64,000 bases of DNA, from the NCBI GenBank assembly GCA_902510115.1, contig CABWZU010000001.1, positions 255-64,254 on the forward strand. Direction: 5' to 3'. The notes under the pieces were generated by a model. The model did not search any database, was not told the origin of the DNA, and worked only from the letters and a program-made list of their open reading frames with translations. The translations under genes were made by a program, and so were the position numbers. This DNA is from an uncultured Gammaproteobacteria bacterium (GTDB lineage: Bacteria; Pseudomonadota; Gammaproteobacteria; PS1; Pseudothioglobaceae). Shown here one piece after another: positions 1 through 8,935 of the stretch. The number at the start of each line of letters is the position of its first letter. The stretch's first letter is position 1.

Positions 1-62
1 TTTTTTCCTACTCCAATCATTGCTGAAGCTACGGCTCTAAAAACCTGAAGCAAAGATTTCAT
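1..62 (-). CDS. N-terminal fragment of a small protein, possibly DUF2970 family (runs off the left edge)
   Basis: ATG at 62 just after the ctaB stop. Open frame MKSLLQVFRAVASAMIGVGK resembles the DUF2970 pattern seen in cytochrome oxidase neighbourhoods. Not in the ORF track. Confidence 0.45.
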   Translation of the reverse strand, partial: MKSLLQVFRAVASAMIGVGK

Positions 63-64
63 GT

Positions 65-961
65 CTAAGCAACAACTCCAAAATTCATTAGCAGGTAATG
101 GTCTATCAATAGTCCCAAGAATAAAACCATCAGATAATTAATGGAATATTTAAAAGTCTTAAATGCAATCTTAGGATTCTCAGGCTCCAGAAAAATCTTA
201 ATTGAGTAGCCTAAAAAAAGAGCTCCAAGAGATACGGCACAAATTAAATAAATTAAGCCGCTCATTCCTGTTAGAAAAGGCAGCAGAGTTACAAGAAACA
301 AGAGGACCGTATACAAAAGAATCTGCACTCTAGTAAATTCTAGCCCATGGGTAACGGGCAACATTGGAATTTCTGCTTTTTTATATTCTTCACTTCGATG
401 GATAGCTAAAGCCCAAAAATGTGGAGGCGTCCATATAAAGACAATTAAAAAAAGAAGCAGCGCATACTCTATACCATTAGAGCCAGCAACAGATGTCCAC
501 CCTAAAACTGGTGGGGCTGCACCAGCAGCGCCTCCAATAACGATATTTTGTGGTGTAGCTCTCTTCAGGTACATCGTATAAAAAACCGCGTAACCCATTA
601 AGGAAATAAGGGTTAGTACTGCCGTCAAAAGATTAACAAACGCTACCAAAAGTGCAATGCCAAGGACACCCAAAAAAGCGCCCCATATAAGGGCTTGATT
701 CCTTGTAACTTTTCCTTGTGGTAGCGGTCTACGATCAGTTCTAGACATTTGAATGTCAATTTTTTCATCAACAACATGGTTAAAAACTGCTGCCGACATT
801 GCAGCCAATGATATGCCCATAGAGGCAAAAACAATAACAAACAAACTAGGAAAGTAAGGTACTGCCAGAAGCATACCGACTATAGCAGTTAATAATATTA
901 GCGATACAACCTTAAGCTTACAAAGACCAAAAAGATCTGTTAATGATGGATAGCTGCTCAT
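65..961 (-). CDS. ctaB: Protoheme IX farnesyltransferase (heme O synthase)
   Basis: UbiA-family membrane protein with D-x-x-M-x-RT-x-x-RPL, YTMYLKR, NIVIGGAAGA and WTPPHFWAL motifs. Confidence 0.95.
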   Translation of the reverse strand: MSSYPSLTDLFGLCKLKVVSLILLTAIVGMLLAVPYFPSLFVIVFASMGISLAAMSAAVFNHVVDEKIDIQMSRTDRRPLPQGKVTRNQALIWGAFLGVLGIALLVAFVNLLTAVLTLISLMGYAVFYTMYLKRATPQNIVIGGAAGAAPPVLGWTSVAGSNGIEYALLLFLIVFIWTPPHFWALAIHRSEEYKKAEIPMLPVTHGLEFTRVQILLYTVLLFLVTLLPFLTGMSGLIYLICAVSLGALFLGYSIKIFLEPENPKIAFKTFKYSINYLMVLFLGLLIDHYLLMNFGVVA

Positions 962-1497
962 TACCCTATCCTAGAATATTTGAGAAGCCGCTTAAGGTCT
1001 TTCAAGACAAATTTAACATTAATATCTATCGGGTTGTAATAGAGCATAAAGTTTCCAATTGGGTCGATTAAAAAAATCGAGTTTTTAGGAAAACTTGCAA
1101 GCTTGGCATCCAGCTCTTCGTTTTTAATCCTTGCATGAATTAGGCTCTCGTCTTCTTGAGATGGTCTTGAGCCATCTTTAGCTATTAGCACTCTTTGAAT
1201 TCGACGCATATCCATGTTTATCAGTGTACGAATCGTTTTAACGTCTTCAACCGCTTTGTCACATAGGGTGTCACAGCTCTCAGTAACATAAGCAAAGGTC
1301 CAAATACCATCAAGCGTGGCGTCTTCCAAAAGCTCGATATCGGACTTCTCCGTCACGATTACCGGAGTAATCAGCTCACCATAGTTAACCGTATTTTGGC
1401 TGAAGTAACTTGGATTCAAATAAAAAAACAAGGTTCCAAGGCCGATTGGTAACAAAAATATCGACAAAAGCGTCCAAAATTCTTTTTTAAAGGTCAT
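961..1497 (-). CDS. Membrane-anchored thioredoxin/SCO-like protein associated with cytochrome c oxidase assembly
   Basis: One N-terminal TM helix, CxxxC (CDTLC), LIDPIGN and C-terminal KDLKRLLKYSRIG. Overlaps the ctaB start by 1 nt. Confidence 0.65.
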   Translation of the reverse strand: MTFKKEFWTLLSIFLLPIGLGTLFFYLNPSYFSQNTVNYGELITPVIVTEKSDIELLEDATLDGIWTFAYVTESCDTLCDKAVEDVKTIRTLINMDMRRIQRVLIAKDGSRPSQEDESLIHARIKNEELDAKLASFPKNSIFLIDPIGNFMLYYNPIDINVKFVLKDLKRLLKYSRIG

Positions 1498-1556
1498 GCG
1501 ATTCCCGGAATTAAAAGTGCGTAATGATACGCTTAAGAAATTGAAAACTCAAATTT

Positions 1557-2330
1557 CTAAAGCCTAACCTCTATGCCGTTTTTTTGCATAGCTTTTTTAG
1601 CCTCTTCAACTGTATGCTCTGCAAAATGAAAAATGCTTGCAGCCAGAACGGCATCAGCGCCCCCATTAACAACTCCGTCGACAAGGTGCTCTAGATTTCC
1701 AACGCCCCCAGAAGCAATAACTGGGACGTCAACAGCATCTGAAATAGTCTTTGTTAGCTCAAGATCAAAACCAACTTTTGTGCCGTCCCTATCCATTGAG
1801 GTGAGCAGGACTTCGCCAGCACCGAACTCTCCCTTAGTCATTTGAACTGCCCAATCAACAGCATCTATTCCAGTTGGCTTTCGACCACCGTGAGTATAAA
1901 TCTCCCAACTCAAAGGGTTGCTCGACACTCTCTTGGCGTCAATTGCAATAACGATGCACTGCGAGCCAAAGATACCGCATAGTTCATTGATGAGGCCTGG
2001 GTCAAAAATAGCTGCAGAGTTAACAGCCACTTTATCCGCCCCAGCTTTTAGCATTGAGCGAACGTCCTCAGATTTTCGTATGCCACCTCCAACAGTGAGC
2101 GGTATGAAAACCTGCTCTGCAATTTTTTCAACCATGGCAACCGTTGTATCCCTCCCCTCATGAGAAGCAGTGATATCAAGAAAAGTAATTTCATCAGCGC
2201 CCTCTCTATCATATCGCTTAGCAACCTCAACAGGATCGCCAGCGTCTTTAATGTCAACAAACTTCACGCCTTTGACGACTCTTCCATCTCGAACATCTAG
2301 ACAGGGAATTATTCTTTTAGCTAAGCTCAT
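1557..2330 (-). CDS. hisF: Imidazole glycerol phosphate synthase cyclase subunit
   Basis: [25 protein letters not shown] and VIASGG motifs. Confidence 0.98.
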   Translation of the reverse strand: MSLAKRIIPCLDVRDGRVVKGVKFVDIKDAGDPVEVAKRYDREGADEITFLDITASHEGRDTTVAMVEKIAEQVFIPLTVGGGIRKSEDVRSMLKAGADKVAVNSAAIFDPGLINELCGIFGSQCIVIAIDAKRVSSNPLSWEIYTHGGRKPTGIDAVDWAVQMTKGEFGAGEVLLTSMDRDGTKVGFDLELTKTISDAVDVPVIASGGVGNLEHLVDGVVNGGADAVLAASIFHFAEHTVEEAKKAMQKNGIEVRL

Positions 2331-2453
2331 CCCTTAATTTTACAGCATAAAGCCTTGGCCACAAATAATGAAGAATCAGTATTTCATATTAGGACTCACA
2401 TTGGTATGCTTTAGCGTGGGCAATGATTCTTCTAGTGGGTATAATTGCGCTCT

Positions 2454-3200
2454 ATGAGCTCAAAAAAAGACAGCAGCAACTCTAAAGGGATAGCTCCACC
2501 TCAGCATATAGCCATTATTATGGATGGGAATGGAAGATGGGCAAAATCACGACATCTTCCTCGCTCAAGCGGACATCAAAAAGGAGTTCAAACGGTAAGG
2601 AAAATTGTAAAGCACTCTGCAAAACTTGGTGTTAAAACTCTTACTTTATTTGCATTCAGCAGTGAAAATATGCGCCGCTCCAGCGAAGAAGTTGGTCTTC
2701 TGTTCAAACTCTTTCTGTCTGTTTTGAGGACAGAGACAAAAAAACTTAAAGAAAACAACATTAGGCTCAAGATTGTTGGGGATTTGTCAGCATTTACCCC
2801 AGAAATTATTGCTTTGGCAAAAGAAGCCGAGTCTAGCCTCCAAAAAAATACAGGCTTAACTCTTGTAATTGCTGCTAACTATGGTGGCCAGTGGGATATT
2901 GCTGAGACAGCAAAAAAGATTGCCATTGATGTTTCGAATGGAGACATTGATCCAGAAAATATTGATACATCTTTGTTTAACAGATATACCTCTCTATCAG
3001 GCCTACCTGAGGTTGACTTATTGATTCGAACCAGTGGAGAAATCAGGCTCAGCAACTTTCTGTTATGGGATATTGCTTATAGTGAATTCTATTTTTGTAA
3101 AACCTTATGGCCAGACTTTAATGAAGACTCTCTTGATGAGGCTATTGATAACTTTCATAGAAGAGATCGTCGATTTGGAGAACGTAATGGAGAGCATTGA
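2454..3200 (+). CDS. uppS: Undecaprenyl diphosphate synthase
   Basis: HIAIIMDGNGRWA, FAFSSEN and RTSGEIRLSNFLLW motifs. ATG at 2454 preferred to the TTG at 2445, which overlaps a TATAAT box. Confidence 0.96.
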   Translation: MSSKKDSSNSKGIAPPQHIAIIMDGNGRWAKSRHLPRSSGHQKGVQTVRKIVKHSAKLGVKTLTLFAFSSENMRRSSEEVGLLFKLFLSVLRTETKKLKENNIRLKIVGDLSAFTPEIIALAKEAESSLQKNTGLTLVIAANYGGQWDIAETAKKIAIDVSNGDIDPENIDTSLFNRYTSLSGLPEVDLLIRTSGEIRLSNFLLWDIAYSEFYFCKTLWPDFNEDSLDEAIDNFHRRDRRFGERNGEH

Positions 3201-4006
3201 TGCTTGCTAAAAGAATAGCAACCGCATTAACATTGGCCCCATTAGTTATTTTGGGAGTGCTTTATTTAAGCCCTTCATTGTTTTCATTAGTCATCGGAAT
3301 TATGACTTGTATTGCCTCATGGGAATATTGCAAGCTAATCAAACTGAACGGGTTTTCTAATAGGGCATTCTATATTACAGTTTTATTGGCCTGTGCTTTT
3401 CTATTGGCAATCAGCCCTCTAATTCTAAAGCCTGCTTTATATTTGGTTTCAATCTGGTGGCTTGCCGCGCTTTTTGTTGTTGTGGGCTTCCCAAATAACT
3501 CTAAATTAATCAACAAAAACTTAGTATTAGGCCTTTTTAATGGGCTATTTCTTTTAGCTCCAATGGCAGCTGCTCTGGGAATTCTTCACTCACAAGAGAG
3601 GTCGCTCGTGTTGCTTCTATTGTTTTTTATATGGGCGTCGGATATCGGAGCTTATTTTTCTGGAAAACAGTTTGGCAGAAAAGAACTCTGTCCACAGGTC
3701 AGTCCAAATAAAACCTTTGAGGGAGTCTATGGCGGAGTTTTTCTTGCACAAGCTGTTGCTATTACTTACGCATTTGTTACGATACAAGAGCCAAAAATGA
3801 ATGACTTTTTGGTGTTCTGTTTTCTAGCCCTAATAGTGTCCTTAGTATCTGTGCTTGGCGATCTTTTTGAGAGTGCGCTGAAGAGGGTTAATAATCAAAA
3901 AGATAGTGGTAACTTGCTCCCAGGCCATGGTGGACTGCTTGACAGAATTGATAGTCTTGCGGCATCTGCGCCAATCTTTTTAATGCTAGTTATTTTTGTA
4001 ATATGA
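3200..4006 (+). CDS. cdsA: Phosphatidate cytidylyltransferase
   Basis: SPNKTFEG and KDSGNLLPGHGGLLDRIDS motifs. TGATG overlap with uppS. Confidence 0.96.
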   Translation: MLAKRIATALTLAPLVILGVLYLSPSLFSLVIGIMTCIASWEYCKLIKLNGFSNRAFYITVLLACAFLLAISPLILKPALYLVSIWWLAALFVVVGFPNNSKLINKNLVLGLFNGLFLLAPMAAALGILHSQERSLVLLLLFFIWASDIGAYFSGKQFGRKELCPQVSPNKTFEGVYGGVFLAQAVAITYAFVTIQEPKMNDFLVFCFLALIVSLVSVLGDLFESALKRVNNQKDSGNLLPGHGGLLDRIDSLAASAPIFLMLVIFVI

Positions 4007-5154
4007 AAAATATAACAATTCTTGGGGCAACTGGATCTATTGGATTAAATACGCTGGATGTCATTTCCCGCCACCCAGAACAGTTTAACGTTTTTGCTGT
4101 AAGTGCCCACTCAGACTGGAAAGGCCTTCTTCAGATCTGTAAAGACCACCAGCCCTCTTTTGCAGTGCTTTCTAATGAGGCTTCAGCAGAAAAGCTCAGG
4201 TCAGCTGCCCCTTCAGGTGTCGAAGTGTTATTTGGAACAGCCTCCCTGGATAAGATAGCGTGCCATCCAAAGACAGACTTTGTTATGGCCGCGATAGTTG
4301 GTGGAGCAGGCATGTCATCAACTTTTTCTGCTGCCAAGGCTGGCAAACGAATTATGTTAGCAAATAAAGAGTCTCTAATTCTTGGCGGAAATCTACTTAT
4401 GTCCCTAGCAAAAAAATCAGGCGCCGAAATTATTCCTGTTGACTCAGAACATAGCGCCATTTTTCAATGCATCAAAGGAGGTAAAGATGGACTGTCAAAA
4501 ATACAGCTCACCGCATCAGGCGGGCCCTTTTTACAAACATCATTTGAAAAACTAGGGGTTGTAACTCCTGAACAAGCATGCAATCATCCAAACTGGAAAA
4601 TGGGCAAAAAGATCTCAGTTGATTCAGCAACCATGATGAACAAAGGCCTTGAAATTATTGAGGCAAGTTTTTTATTTGGGCTCATGGCAAATCAGATTGA
4701 AGTCATTGTTCATCCTCAAAGCATTGTTCATTCATTCGTCTATTTTGATGATGGCAGCGTTCTCTCTCAGCTTGGATTGCCAGATATGAGAAGCGCAATA
4801 TCCTATGCGCTTTCTCACCCTGGGAGAAATAGCTCTGGCGTTGGAGTGCTTGATTTAACGAAGGAGCGGTCTCTCGAGTTTCATCAGCCTGAAATGAGAA
4901 AATATAAGTGCTTAGCACTCGCATATGAGGCCTTGGAACAGGGGAAAAGCGCGCCTGGAACCCTGAACGCTGCTAACGAGGTTGCGGTTAAGGCATTCTT
5001 AGAAAACAAAGTAGGGTTTCTGGATATCCCTGAAATTGTAGAGAAAACCCTATGCGAGGCCCCTTGTCAAAATCTTGACACACTAGACAGTGTTGTGGAA
5101 AATGACCAGCTTTCTCGACAAATAGCTCAATCGTTTGTAGGATCTGGCGACTAA
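4003..5154 (+). CDS. dxr: 1-deoxy-D-xylulose 5-phosphate reductoisomerase
   Basis: LGATGSIG, LANKES, PVDSEH, HPNWKMG and MNKGLE motifs. Confidence 0.97.
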   Translation: MKNITILGATGSIGLNTLDVISRHPEQFNVFAVSAHSDWKGLLQICKDHQPSFAVLSNEASAEKLRSAAPSGVEVLFGTASLDKIACHPKTDFVMAAIVGGAGMSSTFSAAKAGKRIMLANKESLILGGNLLMSLAKKSGAEIIPVDSEHSAIFQCIKGGKDGLSKIQLTASGGPFLQTSFEKLGVVTPEQACNHPNWKMGKKISVDSATMMNKGLEIIEASFLFGLMANQIEVIVHPQSIVHSFVYFDDGSVLSQLGLPDMRSAISYALSHPGRNSSGVGVLDLTKERSLEFHQPEMRKYKCLALAYEALEQGKSAPGTLNAANEVAVKAFLENKVGFLDIPEIVEKTLCEAPCQNLDTLDSVVENDQLSRQIAQSFVGSGD

Positions 5155-5165
5155 AACCACCACTG

Positions 5166-6287
5166 ATGCAAAAGTCTTTTTTATCTTCCTTGTTCTTGGC
5201 GCTCCTGTTGCTATGCGCACCCTCTCATGCTGGAGGAAAACACGACTTTAGCTTCAAGGTGTCAAGAGGAGATGCTTTCTATAAATTCTTTTTTAGCACC
5301 GGACTCTCGGGAGACTTGTTAACGAAGCTTATGAGCTCTGATAAGAGGGCTCAAAGGCTAAACAATATTTATCCTGGAGACAAATTTAGGATTATTCTAA
5401 ATGATGATCACTCGCTTAAAGAGATAGTGTTTAGCCCTCTCAATGATAATCCACTAAATATTTACTATGATGGTAGCACTTTTTCATACGAGAAGAAGAA
5501 AGACGCACGGGCCGGTAGCGAGATTACCTATACTGTCATTAAAATTCAAAAATCTTTAAACTATGATGCTAAAAAGGCGGGGGTTGACGCTGAAGTTATA
5601 AAAATGATGGTTGACCATTTTTCATGGGAAATTGACTTTAGTCGTGACCTAAGGAAGGGAGATCGATTTGTTTTGTCTTGGAACGGGGACGACACTCCTG
5701 AGGCTATGATTTATATTGGATACAGAAAAACAATCGCACTTTTCTCCCATAAGGACTCACAAGACAGAAAAAAATATTACACTTCAAATGGCCTGACAAT
5801 CAACGATACTTTTGCATTTGCCCCAGTGAAATATAGCAGAATAAGCTCTGGCTTTTCAAAAAGGCGCTGGCACCCAAAACTTAAAACCTATAGGCCACAC
5901 CGAGGAACTGATTTCGCTGCTCCCACGGGAACACCTGTTTATGCTCCAGCAAAAGGCCTAGTGAAATATGTTGCCACATTGTCAGGCTATGGAAATGTAA
6001 TCTACTTAAAACATGGCTCAGAACTAGTTACAGTTTATGCCCATTTATCTAAGTTTGCAAAGAGACTAAAGGCGGGAAATCGAGTCAAAAAAGGCGAGCT
6101 GATTGGCTATGTTGGAAGCACAGGCATGTCGACAGGGCCGCATCTTCACTATGAAATTCGGATAAATGGTGTTCATAAGGATGCTGAAAAAATTAAGCTA
6201 GAAAAAAGATCTGCTGTTCCTAATAACAAAATGTCTAGCTTTCAAAAAAAAGCGAAAAGAATACTTTTTGAGCTTAATATAAAATAG
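5166..6287 (+). CDS. M23-family peptidoglycan DD-endopeptidase (MepM/OapA-like)
   Basis: Signal peptide; C-terminal M23 domain with HRGTD (HxxxD), YAHL and GPHLHYE. Confidence 0.9.
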   Translation: MQKSFLSSLFLALLLLCAPSHAGGKHDFSFKVSRGDAFYKFFFSTGLSGDLLTKLMSSDKRAQRLNNIYPGDKFRIILNDDHSLKEIVFSPLNDNPLNIYYDGSTFSYEKKKDARAGSEITYTVIKIQKSLNYDAKKAGVDAEVIKMMVDHFSWEIDFSRDLRKGDRFVLSWNGDDTPEAMIYIGYRKTIALFSHKDSQDRKKYYTSNGLTINDTFAFAPVKYSRISSGFSKRRWHPKLKTYRPHRGTDFAAPTGTPVYAPAKGLVKYVATLSGYGNVIYLKHGSELVTVYAHLSKFAKRLKAGNRVKKGELIGYVGSTGMSTGPHLHYEIRINGVHKDAEKIKLEKRSAVPNNKMSSFQKKAKRILFELNIK

Positions 6288-6363
6288 TTCTCTATCACTA
6301 GCAACCGGACAAAAACCTGCCTCAATGGATTAAAATAAAGTATTCAGACTTTAGTTTATCGAT

Positions 6364-7239
6364 ATGCCTGCTAGTCCGCACATAGAATTACCTCTTGCAC
6401 TGATTCATCAGGGCAAAGTAAGAGATATTTATGATATTGATAAGCACAACATGTTAATTGTTGCTTCGGATCGACTATCTGCATTTGATGTTATATTTGA
6501 CCAGCCCATTCTCAACAAAGGGAAAATTCTGACCTCAATCGCTAATTACTGGTTTGATAAGACAGGCCATATCATTCAAAACCATCTGACAGGGATTTCG
6601 CTGGATAAAGTTCTCCCTGCTGCCGAATCAAAAGCGCTTGAAGGGCGAGCAATTGTGGTTAAAAAACTAAAGCCTCTCCCAATTGAAGCTGTTGTTAGGG
6701 GCTATATTATTGGCTCTGGCTGGAAGGAGTATTTAAGCCTTGGATCCGTTTGTGGCATCAGCCTTCCCTCCAGGCTTAAGCTGGGTGAAAAGCTCGCAAA
6801 TCCGATCTATACTCCGTCCTCAAAAGCAGCGGCTGGAGAGCATGATGCTAATATTTCATTTGCTGATACAGAGGCCTTAGTTGGAGCAGACCTAGCTCAA
6901 CAAGTCAGGAACAAAAGCCTTGAAATCTATAATTATGCCTCTAAACACGCCTCTGATAGAGGTATCATTATTGCTGACACAAAATTTGAGTTTGGTCTGG
7001 ATTCAAACAACCAGCTCACCTTGATGGACGAAGCATTAACTCCAGACTCTTCAAGATTTTGGTCGTTGTCAGACTATTTGCCGGGAGAAAGTCCAAAAAG
7101 TTTTGATAAGCAAATTATCAGGGACTATCTGGAAACGCTTGAATGGAATAAGGCTCCTCCCGCCCCCATTATTCCTAATAAGATAATGACTAAGGCTGCT
7201 TATAAATATCAGGAAATTCAGACAATTTTATGCAACTAG
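6364..7239 (+). CDS. purC: SAICAR synthetase
   Basis: GKVRDIY, SDRLSAFD, ADTKFEFG and TPDSSRFW motifs. Confidence 0.97.
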   Translation: MPASPHIELPLALIHQGKVRDIYDIDKHNMLIVASDRLSAFDVIFDQPILNKGKILTSIANYWFDKTGHIIQNHLTGISLDKVLPAAESKALEGRAIVVKKLKPLPIEAVVRGYIIGSGWKEYLSLGSVCGISLPSRLKLGEKLANPIYTPSSKAAAGEHDANISFADTEALVGADLAQQVRNKSLEIYNYASKHASDRGIIIADTKFEFGLDSNNQLTLMDEALTPDSSRFWSLSDYLPGESPKSFDKQIIRDYLETLEWNKAPPAPIIPNKIMTKAAYKYQEIQTILCN

Positions 7240-8030
7240 CTGGCCCAATCAAGATGATGAAAACTGCTTTGGTCGATCTTAAAGCAATCTATTCTTTGCC
7301 CATTGGAAGAGAAGTAGTTGAAATGAACTCGCTGATAGGAAAGCCAATAAAGCTTACCTTTATTGGCGAGATATCCTGCTCCAATTGCGGCAATAGAACG
7401 AGTAAAAGCTTCTCACAGGGATACTGCTTTCCTTGCGCCAGGTCTCTTGCTCGGTGTGATATGTGCATCATGAAGCCTGAAACATGTCATTATCATCTTG
7501 GCACCTGTCGTGAGCCTGAGTGGGGCCTATCGAATTGCTTTTCTCCACATATTGTCTATTTAGCAAACTCTTCAGGGCCAAAGGTCGGAATAACTCGAGC
7601 AAGCAATATGCCTGGTAGGTGGATTGACCAAGGAGCAATTAGCGCGCTGCCTATTCTTAAAGTAAATTCACGAATTGATTCTGGTCAGATAGAATCAGCA
7701 CTAAAGCCCTTTATAGCGGACAAGACAAACTGGCGCAAAATGCTGAAAAATGAAGTTGAGCCAACGGACTTGCTCGAAATAAAAAATGGGCTTTTAGAAA
7801 AGATTCCTGAGCTTATTAATCACCTAGAAGCGAAACAGTTGGATGACGAGATGCTGAATATCAACTACCCTGTGCTAAAATATCCCACCAAGATTGTTTC
7901 CTTAAATTTTGATAAGACACCAAGTATTTCAGGGGTTTTGGATGGAATCAAGGGACAGTATTTGTTGCTTGATTGCGGCGTACTCAATATGAGAAAATTT
8001 AGCTCTTATCACATTGAGCTTACCAGTTAA
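7230..8030 (+). CDS. DUF2797-family Cys-rich protein
   Basis: CSNC, GYCFPC and CDMC...CH clusters; HIVYLANS..KVGITR; RWIDQGA; C-terminal GIKGQYL. Confidence 0.8.
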   Translation: MQLAGPIKMMKTALVDLKAIYSLPIGREVVEMNSLIGKPIKLTFIGEISCSNCGNRTSKSFSQGYCFPCARSLARCDMCIMKPETCHYHLGTCREPEWGLSNCFSPHIVYLANSSGPKVGITRASNMPGRWIDQGAISALPILKVNSRIDSGQIESALKPFIADKTNWRKMLKNEVEPTDLLEIKNGLLEKIPELINHLEAKQLDDEMLNINYPVLKYPTKIVSLNFDKTPSISGVLDGIKGQYLLLDCGVLNMRKFSSYHIELTS

Positions 8031-8100
8031 ATAGTATAGAAAAATGAACGAAAACTTTGCAAGAATTGATCGATTACTTTAAAGAAGATGGGCTTATAAA

Positions 8101-8934
8101 ATGATCTCAGCAAAAGGCTTTCTGGCCAGTAAAAACAAGCGCATCACTCTTTTGGGCATGTCGGGTGTTGGAAAAACTCATCTTGCAAAACTCCTTGGAG
8201 AAGAGGGAGACTGGTTTCATTTTTCTGGAGACTACCGAATTGGAGCTACTCATCTGAAGGAAGAAATTATTTCAAATATTTCTAACAAGATGCGCTCCAA
8301 TAGCTGGCTTAAAGCGCTTTTAGACAATGACTCTATTAGTGTCAATAGTCAAGTTACGTTTGATAACCTAGAGCCAATTTCTGCTTTTCTTGGAAAAGTT
8401 GGGAACCCGGAAGAGGGAGGACTGCCATTTAATGAGTTTGTTAGGCGACAACATTTGCTTCTTGAGGCAGAAAAAAAGACCATGTATGAAGTGCCAGAGT
8501 TTATTGAAAAATCACAAGCAAAAGGGTTTAGTCACTTTATAAATGATGCAGGTGGAAGCCTTTGCGAACTTGACGACCCAAAGCTATTTAAATTGTTGTC
8601 TGATAACACACTTATAATTTATATTAAAACCAGCAAAGAGAATGAGCGAGTGCTTGTTGAGCGGGCTAAAGAAAACCCTAAGCCAATGTATTATAGCCCT
8701 GTTTTTTTTGAAAAATCTCTAAGGGAATACCTTGCTGAAAACAATTTAGAGTATGCTGCTCAAATTAACCCAGACTCTTTTGTTGGCTGGGTTTTTCCAA
8801 GGCTTATTGAAGATAGGCTTGTAAAATATTCTGGCCTTGCAGATAAATATGGATGCACTATAAAAAGCGATGATCTTTATGATTGCGACTCTTCCAACGA
8901 TGTCCTTAGTCTAATTTCTAGCGCGCTCAATTAA
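8101..8934 (+). CDS. Uncharacterised P-loop NTPase/kinase-like protein coupled to metA
   Basis: Walker A GMSGVGKT near the N-terminus; DYRIG and DAGGSLCE motifs. Ends 1 nt before the metA start. Confidence 0.75.
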   Translation: MISAKGFLASKNKRITLLGMSGVGKTHLAKLLGEEGDWFHFSGDYRIGATHLKEEIISNISNKMRSNSWLKALLDNDSISVNSQVTFDNLEPISAFLGKVGNPEEGGLPFNEFVRRQHLLLEAEKKTMYEVPEFIEKSQAKGFSHFINDAGGSLCELDDPKLFKLLSDNTLIIYIKTSKENERVLVERAKENPKPMYYSPVFFEKSLREYLAENNLEYAAQINPDSFVGWVFPRLIEDRLVKYSGLADKYGCTIKSDDLYDCDSSNDVLSLISSALN

Positions 8935-8935
8935 A

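Noticed and set aside
7230-8934. DUF2797 + P-loop ATPase as a nuclease/ATPase defence system
   Set aside because: The genes are separated by 70 bp while the ATPase is coupled to metA; it looks like a small-molecule kinase, and the context is housekeeping.
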